A DNA stretch of 64,000 nt, taken from the NCBI GenBank assembly GCA_017962275.1, contig JAGCVQ010000073.1:4543-68542 (forward strand), read 5' to 3'. Positions 34,092 through 40,916 of this stretch are shown piece after piece (the first letter of the stretch is position 1; every line of letters begins with the position of its first letter). Origin of the DNA: Bacteroidales bacterium. GTDB taxonomy: Bacteria > Bacteroidota > Bacteroidia > Bacteroidales > WCHB1-69. The notes beneath the pieces were generated by a model. The model had not been told where the DNA came from, ran no database searches, and saw only the letters and a program-made list of their open reading frames with translations. The translations under genes and the position numbers were made by a program.

Positions 34092-34252
34092 AGTCGAAGT
34101 TCAAGGTTCAAAGTTCCAGGTTCAAAGTTCCAGGTTCAAGGTTCAAAGTTCAAGGTTCAAAGTTCAAGGTTCAAAGTTCAAGGTTCAAAGTTCAAGGTTC
34201 AAAGTTCATAAGTCCTAAGTCTCACGTCTCACGTCTCACGTCTCACGTCACC
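34092..34252. repeat. About 23 tandem heptamers, GTTCAAG family morphing into CGTCTCA family
   Basis: AGTCGAA GTTCAAG GTTCAAA GTTCCAG GTTCAAA GTTCCAG (GTTCAAG GTTCAAA)x5 GTTCATA AGTCCTA AGTCTCA CGTCTCA CGTCTCA CGTCTCA CGTCACC. The period is exactly 7, running from the stop at 34248 to the start at 34091. Confidence 0.95.
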
Positions 34253-35015
34253 CGTGCCGGCCTTTTTTCTTGCCGAAGTTGAAGGAAAGATAGCCGGTGA
34301 GGTAACATTTCTTGGCGGGGTTGAAGGCCATCTGCTGGATGAACGGGAAGACCATCTGGACTTGCAGACCGATTTCGAGGGCGGTGAGTTTGTAGTCGTT
34401 CTTGGCGAAGTCGAAAACGAGTCCGGTTTTGGCGTAGAATCCGGGCCGGAAGATGGTCTGCGAGATGCCGTTGTAGAGCCGGGCGCCGCCGAGGATGTTG
34501 TTGAGGTTGTGCTTCTCGGGGTCGTAGCGCACGATTTCGGAGAAGCCGGTATTGTAGTTGAGCACCTCCACGTAGTTGGGGATGCCGATGCCGAGGGCGG
34601 GGCCCGCCGACAGGGTGTAGCGGATCTGCACGCCGCCCCAGTAGGGTTTCAGGTGGAGGGTGCGCTGGTAGCCGTAGCCGGCCTGCAGGAAGAACAGCGA
34701 GTAGAGCTGGCCGTAGCGGATGGGGCGCACGTTTTCGTAGAAGGCGTTGATGGAGCGGATGGATTTGGGGTGCTTGTTGACCATGAACTGCACCTCCCAG
34801 AAGTGTTTGTTGTAGAGGTCGGGGGTGCGTCCGTGTTGGAAGCCGCCGCCGAGACCTTCCGTATGTGCGATAATCTGGAAGTTCCACTCCTTGTCGGTCA
34901 CATCGTGGTAGTACTCCCCGACGTTCTGGGCCATCGACAAACAGCAAGCGACCGCCAACAGCAATGTCAGCGGCGCTCTCTTGAGGATGAGCCGACCCAA
35001 GCCCGTCGTTCGCAT
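34248..35015 (-). CDS. Hypothetical outer-membrane-type protein
   Basis: Signal-like LLLAVACCLSMAQ and a beta-barrel-like alternating pattern. Two overlapping ORFs in other frames have shadow-type composition. Confidence 0.6.
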   Translation of the reverse strand: MRTTGLGRLILKRAPLTLLLAVACCLSMAQNVGEYYHDVTDKEWNFQIIAHTEGLGGGFQHGRTPDLYNKHFWEVQFMVNKHPKSIRSINAFYENVRPIRYGQLYSLFFLQAGYGYQRTLHLKPYWGGVQIRYTLSAGPALGIGIPNYVEVLNYNTGFSEIVRYDPEKHNLNNILGGARLYNGISQTIFRPGFYAKTGLVFDFAKNDYKLTALEIGLQVQMVFPFIQQMAFNPAKKCYLTGYLSFNFGKKKGRHG

Positions 35016-35027
35016 GAGGGCGGGTGG

Positions 35028-35168
35028 TTAGTTCAGATTGTCCGGGTTCTCAGCCGGCATGTTGTAAGAGTAGTGGCCGTAGGCAGCGCATTTGTGCTGC
35101 GTGTCGCAGGCGGAGAAGATGAGGATGGAGCCCAGAATCATGATGGCTAAAGCGATGATCTTTTTCAT
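35028..35168 (-). CDS. Small lipoprotein (46 aa)
   Basis: Below the ORF-track cutoff. My translation is MKKIIALAIMILGSILIFSACDTQHKCAAYGHYSYNMPAENPDNLN, a signal peptide plus a lipobox Cys. A TAtcTTTG -7 box lies 26 nt upstream on the same strand. Confidence 0.5.
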   Translation of the reverse strand: MKKIIALAIMILGSILIFSACDTQHKCAAYGHYSYNMPAENPDNLN

Positions 35169-35193
35169 TTTTTTTATGTTTTTAATCAAACGG

Positions 35194-35201
35194 CAAAGAT
35201 A
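35194..35201 (-). promoter_or_regulatory. -7 box TAtcTTTG for the small lipoprotein gene
   Basis: 26 nt before the start at 35168. Confidence 0.5.
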
Positions 35202-35254
35202 CGATTTTATTGGATTAGTTTAATCTTTTTTCTCAGACGCTATGTCAAAAAGTG

Positions 35255-35262
35255 TATCTTTG
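35255..35262 (+). promoter_or_regulatory. -7 box TAtcTTTG
   Basis: 23 nt before the ATG at 35285. Confidence 0.55.
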
Positions 35263-35284
35263 CGCTTTGTTTTTAGAAATTGGA

Positions 35285-36010
35285 ATGATGAAGTCAATCA
35301 AACGAATAACCCGCCTGTTTCTGCTTGTGCTCCTTTCCGCCGCGGCTGTCTCCTGCAACACCGGCGAGGGTCCTGGCGGCACCGGCTCTATCGAAGGCAC
35401 TGTTTACAAGGTGCTTCACCCCGATGACAACTACAATTTGGAGACCGACACGGTACTGGCCGCCAAGGAGGATGTTTTCCTGGTTTACGGCACTCAGGAC
35501 TTTTACGGGGATGACGAGGAGACCGACCACACCGGCTTCTATCGGTTCGACTATCTGCGTCCCGGCACCTACACCGTCTATGCCTATTCGTCTTTGGCGG
35601 GCGGCGAGCGCGTAGCGGTTCCGCAGACGGTCGAGGTGCAGCGCGGCAAGACGACCACCGTGCCCGACATCTACATCCACGACGGCAAGGCCTACGGCAC
35701 CTCCATCGTGAAGGGGCGCGTCTGGGCTTACTACATCGACAAGAACGGCAACGTGATTTCCCAGGGCTGGGCCTACGGGCAGCGCATGTACATCCAGCGG
35801 CAGGGCGAGGACTACTCCTTCGACGACGTGCGGGTGGGTCTCGACGGCGTGTTCGCTTTCCAGAAACTTTCGCCGGGTAACTATACGGTCTTCACCTTCG
35901 GCGAGGATGAGGACGAGGTTCCCTACGTGGTCTCCAAAACGATTTCCATTCCCGAAACCGACCAGATTTTCTGGTTCCCGGACACGTTCAAAGTGAATGT
36001 CAAACCATAA
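35285..36010 (+). CDS. Lipoprotein with carboxypeptidase-regulatory-like (CarboxypepD_reg-type) repeats
   Basis: MMKSIKRITRLFLLVLLSAAAVSCN lipobox. Repeated G.Y.F..L.PG.YTV motifs (GFYRFDYLRPGTYTVYA, GVFAFQKLSPGNYTVFT). The ATG lies 23 nt after a -7 box. Confidence 0.65.
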   Translation: MMKSIKRITRLFLLVLLSAAAVSCNTGEGPGGTGSIEGTVYKVLHPDDNYNLETDTVLAAKEDVFLVYGTQDFYGDDEETDHTGFYRFDYLRPGTYTVYAYSSLAGGERVAVPQTVEVQRGKTTTVPDIYIHDGKAYGTSIVKGRVWAYYIDKNGNVISQGWAYGQRMYIQRQGEDYSFDDVRVGLDGVFAFQKLSPGNYTVFTFGEDEDEVPYVVSKTISIPETDQIFWFPDTFKVNVKP

Positions 36011-36011
36011 A

Positions 36012-36046
36012 AGGCATTAGGCAATAGGGAACGAATAGAAACGATA
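36012..36046. repeat. Heptamer array, AGGCAAT family
   Basis: AGGCATT AGGCAAT AGGGAAC GAATAGA AACGATA, immediately after the stop at 36010. Confidence 0.75.
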
Positions 36047-36072
36047 TATTTTATGTAAATATTCATTGAGCA

Positions 36073-36132
36073 GTCCCGAAGGGACAACATCTTAATAACC
36101 CCACACAAGGCGTGAGCCGCAGTGTGGGGTTA
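36073..36132. repeat. Hairpin element: GTCCCGAAGGGAC mini-hairpin plus TAATAACCCCACAC-N15-GCAGTGTGGGGTTA (copy 1)
   Basis: The stem AACCCCACAC/GTGTGGGGTT was read directly. The same element recurs at 62474-62511 and, inverted, at 62612-62657. Confidence 0.8.
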
Positions 36133-36141
36133 GAAACCAAA

Positions 36142-36555
36142 ATGAAGAATATGAAAAAAATAATCCTGTTATTATCCTGTGTGTTGTTGTGCGTTGCCGT
36201 TTCTTACGGACAGGATTCCGAGAAGAAGGAGCTGCGCAAGAATACCACCGTCAAGACGTGGAAAACCCCGACGAAGGGCACCAAATATCTGGACCATGTC
36301 ACGAAATACGACGCCAAGGGGCGCAAGTCGGAGGAGATTGAGTACAACGGCTCCGGCATGAAGGCCCGCGTCACCTACGAGTACGACGCAAACGACCGCG
36401 TGGTGCGCGAGGTGGTCTATGACGAGCACAACAAACCCTATCGCGTCCACAAGATCGAGTACAACGCCGACGGTACCAAGAAGCGGCAGCTGAACTACAA
36501 TACGAAGGGTAATCTGCTGTCTGTCAGGGAGTACGAATACATTCGCGGCAAGTGA
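36142..36555 (+). CDS. Small secreted protein with YD/RHS-like short repeats
   Basis: Signal peptide MKNMKKIILLLSCVLLCVAVSYGQ. Repeated ...YEYDANDRVVREVVYDE...IEYNADG...REYEY segments. Confidence 0.6.
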   Translation: MKNMKKIILLLSCVLLCVAVSYGQDSEKKELRKNTTVKTWKTPTKGTKYLDHVTKYDAKGRKSEEIEYNGSGMKARVTYEYDANDRVVREVVYDEHNKPYRVHKIEYNADGTKKRQLNYNTKGNLLSVREYEYIRGK

Positions 36556-37346
36556 TGGAATCCTTGGAAAGCATCCTCCTGCAGATGGACCCCATTTCCT
36601 TGGAGGCGATGGGTTCTGTGAAGCTGATGAACCGCGTGGACAGCAAGTTTCCCACGAACAGGGAGACGCTGTTGCGTATGGCTCCGCTTTGGAGGGAGCA
36701 TTTCTATGTGCAAGAGAATGAGGGTCAGCGCATTGCAAACTACAGGACGCTCTATTTCGACACGCCCGATGCGGTGACCTATACCATGCATCACAACCGC
36801 AGGCTTCGTCGTCAGAAGGTACGCCAACGCATCTATGTGGAGTCCAATATCGCCTTCTTGGAGATCAAAAACAAGAAAAACACCGGCCGTACCAAGAAAA
36901 AGCGCATCCGGATTCCCATGGAGCAGTGGGGAGACCTCTATTCCGTTCCCGAGTCTGCTGATTTTATTCGCGAAAAGGTCTGGGTGACCGACCAACCGAT
37001 GTCGCCGCGATTGGAAAATGCCTTCCAGCGCATCACGTTGGTGAACAAGGCCAAGACCGAGCGCGTTACCATTGATTTCGGAATCACTTTCCACAACCAT
37101 CTAAGTAATTGTGATTCAGATGTTTCCGATTTGGTGATTATCGAAGTGAAGCAGGACGGGACGTTGCATTCCAGGTTCAAGGACATCCTTCGGGAGTCCC
37201 GTGTGCAGCAGAAGGGACTCAGCAAATATTGTCTCGGGATGCTCCTGACCGACGAACATCTCAAATACAACCGTTTCAAACAGAAGATACGGTATGTCAA
37301 TAAGTTAACTGGTAAAAATTACATAATTAAATCGTTGGAACAATGA
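36555..37346 (+). CDS. VTC-domain (polyphosphate polymerase-like, CYTH-type) protein
   Basis: NRVDSKF...YRTLYFDTPDAVTYTMHHNRRLRRQKVRQRIY is the bacterial VTC-domain pattern. The track start is GTG at 36552; the ATG is at 36555. Confidence 0.8.
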   Translation: MESLESILLQMDPISLEAMGSVKLMNRVDSKFPTNRETLLRMAPLWREHFYVQENEGQRIANYRTLYFDTPDAVTYTMHHNRRLRRQKVRQRIYVESNIAFLEIKNKKNTGRTKKKRIRIPMEQWGDLYSVPESADFIREKVWVTDQPMSPRLENAFQRITLVNKAKTERVTIDFGITFHNHLSNCDSDVSDLVIIEVKQDGTLHSRFKDILRESRVQQKGLSKYCLGMLLTDEHLKYNRFKQKIRYVNKLTGKNYIIKSLEQ

Positions 37347-38059
37347 TACAATTTGATTCAGAGTTGTTTGATCCCTCCATTGCAAGCGAGTTCGCTGAAG
37401 ACGCTACAGGTCTTTTCGGCATTCCGTGGTTCGACGGTCCGAGCTTGTGGCAGATGTTGATCCGCTTTGCCCTCAACTTGGCGGTCTGCTGGTTCATCGT
37501 GGGCTGCCTTTACTACAAAAAGAGCAAGCGCCGTGACTACTATTTCACCTTCATGCTGTTCAGCATCACGATTTTCTTCCTGATATTCCTGATGGACAAC
37601 GTGAAAGTGCAGATCGGATTCGCGTTGGGACTGTTCGCCATATTCGGGATGATACGGTACCGGACAGAGACCGTGCCGATTCGCGAGATGACCTACCTGT
37701 TCGTGGTGGTGGGCATTTCGGTCATCAACGGTCTTGCCATGACGGTGAGCTACACCGAACTTTTCATCACGAACCTGATCATCGTGCTGGCGGTTTGGCT
37801 GTTCGAATCGATTCACCGCAAAACGCATCTGGAAAGTAAGATCATTGTGTATGAGAAGGTTGCGTTGGTGCATGCCGACCGCCAGAACGAACTTATGGCC
37901 GATTTGAAGTCCCGCACCGGTCTCGACATCCGCCGCGTGGAAGTCGGCCACATCGACTACCTCAAGGACATCGCCTACGTGAAGGTCTATTACGCCTCCG
38001 ACCAGCCGGAGAACACGATCAATCAGCTCACCAAAGTGAAAAAGGACAACCTTTTTTAA
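37343..38059 (+). CDS. DUF4956-family membrane protein
   Basis: ATGA overlap with the VTC gene. TM helices and the GLFAIFGMIRYRTETVPIREMTYLF motif are typical of DUF4956. Confidence 0.8.
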   Translation: MIQFDSELFDPSIASEFAEDATGLFGIPWFDGPSLWQMLIRFALNLAVCWFIVGCLYYKKSKRRDYYFTFMLFSITIFFLIFLMDNVKVQIGFALGLFAIFGMIRYRTETVPIREMTYLFVVVGISVINGLAMTVSYTELFITNLIIVLAVWLFESIHRKTHLESKIIVYEKVALVHADRQNELMADLKSRTGLDIRRVEVGHIDYLKDIAYVKVYYASDQPENTINQLTKVKKDNLF

Positions 38060-38082
38060 TGAAGAATGCAGAATGAAGAATA

Positions 38083-38820
38083 ATGAGTAAAAAGCTCATC
38101 ATAGTGCTGTGTGTCATCCTGTGCGTATGTCGAGTGGCGAAAGCTCAGACGTACGCGATGGGGTGTATTGGAGGGGCGGAATGTGAGCTGAAAATTCTTA
38201 AAGGATGGCATGTCTCTTTGGAAGGGGAGTTGCGGTTCGTGCTCTATGAGAAAGATTCGCCCCAATTCGACAGGGCCAAGGTGGGGATATCCACTGACTA
38301 CATGTTCTTGAAAAAGTGGGTTAAAGTCGGGGCGGCCTACAATTACCTGAATTACTACAACCAGGAGGACCATTTCTATGAAAACCGCCATCGGGTGAAG
38401 GGTTTTGTGACTGTTTCTCAGAAGTTTGGAGCATGGAAACCCTCTTATCGACTTCTGGTTCAATCGACGTTTCGCGATGAGCGGCGCGGGGATTACAGGT
38501 TTAACCCGAAAACCTATATGCGCAATCGTTTCATGGTGTCCTGGGCGGTGCCGCGGAGCGATGTAAAGCTGTATGTATCGGAGGAGTTCTGGTGGCGGCT
38601 CTATAAACCCGGCGACAATATCATTGACCAGCTGCGTTCCGTCATCGGGGTGCAGTATATTTTCAACAAACGCCATTCGATGGATGTCTTTTTTCGCGCT
38701 GACAACGAAATTCAGGTTAAAAATCCGGAGAATGTGTTCTCGATGGGAATTACGTACTCCTTTTCGGGCCCTTTGAAATTCAAACATAAGAAGGTGGAAT
38801 CACAGGAAGACTCATTTTGA
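38083..38820 (+). CDS. DUF2490-like outer-membrane protein
   Basis: Signal peptide MSKKLIIVLCVILCVCRVAKAQ and a beta-barrel-like pattern. Preferred over the antisense ORF 38056..38787. Confidence 0.7.
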   Translation: MSKKLIIVLCVILCVCRVAKAQTYAMGCIGGAECELKILKGWHVSLEGELRFVLYEKDSPQFDRAKVGISTDYMFLKKWVKVGAAYNYLNYYNQEDHFYENRHRVKGFVTVSQKFGAWKPSYRLLVQSTFRDERRGDYRFNPKTYMRNRFMVSWAVPRSDVKLYVSEEFWWRLYKPGDNIIDQLRSVIGVQYIFNKRHSMDVFFRADNEIQVKNPENVFSMGITYSFSGPLKFKHKKVESQEDSF

Positions 38821-38835
38821 TAAAATCGATTTGAT

Positions 38836-39684
38836 ATGGAAAATACATCCGCAACCAATTGGGATTCATTTGCTTCCGGAGCGAAGCAGTTTTTGAACGA
38901 CATCGTGTTCCTGTATGTGCCGAAGCTGATTATGGCCGGCATCGTGCTGTTTGTGGGTTGGAAACTTATCAACCTGCTGAACAAGGTCATGCAGAAGGCC
39001 TACGACCGTCACAAGGTCGATCCTTCGTTGCAGCAGTTCTTGCATTCGGTGATTGATATCCTCTTGAAGGTGCTGTTGGTGCTCACGGCGATGGGCATTA
39101 TGGGCATCCAGATGACCTCCTTTATCGCCATCCTCGGTGCCGCGGGCGTGGCCATCGGCATGGGGCTGCAAGGCACGTTGCAGAACTTTGCCGGCGGCGT
39201 TATCATCCTGTTGCTCAAGCCGTTCAAGGTGGGTGACTATATTGAGCAGGGCTCATACGCCGGCTTTGTGGAGAGTATCCAGATTTTCAACACCACGTTG
39301 CGCACGTACGATGCCCGCAAGATCATCGTGCCCAATACCGAGCTGGCTACCAAGTCGTTAGTCAACCATTTCAACCTGCCGCAACGGCGCGTGGCCATCG
39401 ATGTGGGGTTGGCCTACGGCATGTCCGTGGAGAAGGCCAAGGAGGTGATGCTGCGGGTGGCCGATGAGAATCCGCTGGTGCTGCATGAGCCAAAAGCCCC
39501 CTTCGCCACGTTGGAAAAGCTCGGGGACAGCTCGCTTAATATGCGGCTCTATGCCTGGACGCTTCCCGAGAATTACTGGACGACCCTCTATTCGCTCAAC
39601 GAGGCGGTTTACAACGCTTTCCGCTCTGAGGGTTTGGAAATCCCGTTCAACCAGATGGATGTGCATATTCGAAATCAGGAATAA
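38836..39684 (+). CDS. Small-conductance mechanosensitive channel (MscS family)
   Basis: GIQMTSFIAILGAAGVAIGMGLQGTLQNFAGGVIILLLKPFKVGDYI is the MscS pore and beta-domain signature. Confidence 0.88.
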   Translation: MENTSATNWDSFASGAKQFLNDIVFLYVPKLIMAGIVLFVGWKLINLLNKVMQKAYDRHKVDPSLQQFLHSVIDILLKVLLVLTAMGIMGIQMTSFIAILGAAGVAIGMGLQGTLQNFAGGVIILLLKPFKVGDYIEQGSYAGFVESIQIFNTTLRTYDARKIIVPNTELATKSLVNHFNLPQRRVAIDVGLAYGMSVEKAKEVMLRVADENPLVLHEPKAPFATLEKLGDSSLNMRLYAWTLPENYWTTLYSLNEAVYNAFRSEGLEIPFNQMDVHIRNQE

Positions 39685-39716
39685 TGTCACTGTAGTGTCG
39701 TTTTAATTACAATCGA

Positions 39717-40904
39717 ATGAAGATTCTCCATACTTCGGATTGGCACATCGGGCAAGTCCTTAACTTCCACTACGACAGGCAGGAAGAGCATCAGTTTTTC
39801 CTGGATCAGTTGTGCGAGATTGTCCAAAGTGAACGCCCTGACGCCTTGATTGTCAGCGGCGACCTTTACGACAAGAACACGCCGGGCAACAGTTCCATGC
39901 GATTTTTGTCCGACAACCTGCTCCGGATCTGCGATATAGCTCCCGAAATGCCGATTATCCTCACCGCCGGCAACCACGACAGCAGTTCGCGCATCGAGAG
40001 CATGTCGGGGGTGTGGAAGCGCGTGAACACCCACTTCATCGGGGCGGCGGAAAGGATAGGGGAGGAGTACCGGTTGGACAAGCACATCCTCGAAATCCCG
40101 GGCAAAGGTTGGATTGCCGCGATACCGTACATTCCTGATTATCAGAATGATTTGTACAATATCGTGTTGAAGGAGATTCGGGAGAAGAACACCGAGAACT
40201 TGCCGGTGATTCTGATGGGGCACACCACGATTGGCAATGCTGTCTTCACTGCGCACGAAAGCACCACGTTCAACGGTCGCGACATTGTGGGCGGCATCAA
40301 CAGCATGAGTCTCAGCGACATTGATGACGATTACGACTACTTCGCGTTGGGACATATCCACACACCGCAGACGTTGGGTAACGGCAAAGCCCGATATTGC
40401 GGAAGCCCGGTGCAGCTCAATTTCAAGGAGCAGTTTGCGCATTCGGTGACGATGGTAACCATTGAGAATCACGGAGATATGCCGAAAACCAAGACCATCG
40501 AGCTGGAGCCGCTACGGAAATTCTATGTGATTCCTGAAAGGCCCGCGCCATTGGAGGATGCACTCGCCTATTTGGAGAACAATCTTCCTGACAGTCAGGG
40601 TTATGTGCAGGTCAACATCCTGTCGGCGGAGCGGTTGCCCTCCGACACGGAGAATCGCATCCGCAGCATTCTCGACAAGGGCGAAAATCTCCTTTATTGC
40701 GACTACAAGTGTACCCGTCCGGCTGCTGACGGTAAGGCTGTCATTGAGAAGCCCGACTTCAACCTGTCGGAGTTCCGCGAGAAGGACCCGTTCGAGATTG
40801 CCGAACGCTATTTTACCGATACGCTGCAGACGGATATGGACGATACGTTGAAGGAGCTGTTACATACGGTCATCCAAGAAGTTAGGGAAGAACAGGCTCA
40901 ATAA
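39717..40904 (+). CDS. sbcD: Exonuclease SbcCD, nuclease subunit D
   Basis: MKILHTSDWHIG...ALIVSGDLYD...TAGNHD...GHIH are the Mre11-type phosphoesterase motifs. Confidence 0.9.
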   Translation: MKILHTSDWHIGQVLNFHYDRQEEHQFFLDQLCEIVQSERPDALIVSGDLYDKNTPGNSSMRFLSDNLLRICDIAPEMPIILTAGNHDSSSRIESMSGVWKRVNTHFIGAAERIGEEYRLDKHILEIPGKGWIAAIPYIPDYQNDLYNIVLKEIREKNTENLPVILMGHTTIGNAVFTAHESTTFNGRDIVGGINSMSLSDIDDDYDYFALGHIHTPQTLGNGKARYCGSPVQLNFKEQFAHSVTMVTIENHGDMPKTKTIELEPLRKFYVIPERPAPLEDALAYLENNLPDSQGYVQVNILSAERLPSDTENRIRSILDKGENLLYCDYKCTRPAADGKAVIEKPDFNLSEFREKDPFEIAERYFTDTLQTDMDDTLKELLHTVIQEVREEQAQ

Positions 40905-40916
40905 AACCGGTTTGTT

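Noticed and set aside
34092-34252. The short-period arrays read as CRISPR arrays.
   Set aside because: The units are 6-11 nt and directly abut one another with no spacers. No cas genes are in the window.
38056-38787. A 243-aa minus-strand ORF opposite the DUF2490-like gene; likewise 39687..40472 opposite sbcD, 9130..9825 opposite the P-loop ATPase, and 34243..34947 and 34254..35150 around 34248..35015.
   Set aside because: The partner-strand or partner-frame ORFs carry signal peptides or catalytic motifs. These ORFs have shadow composition.
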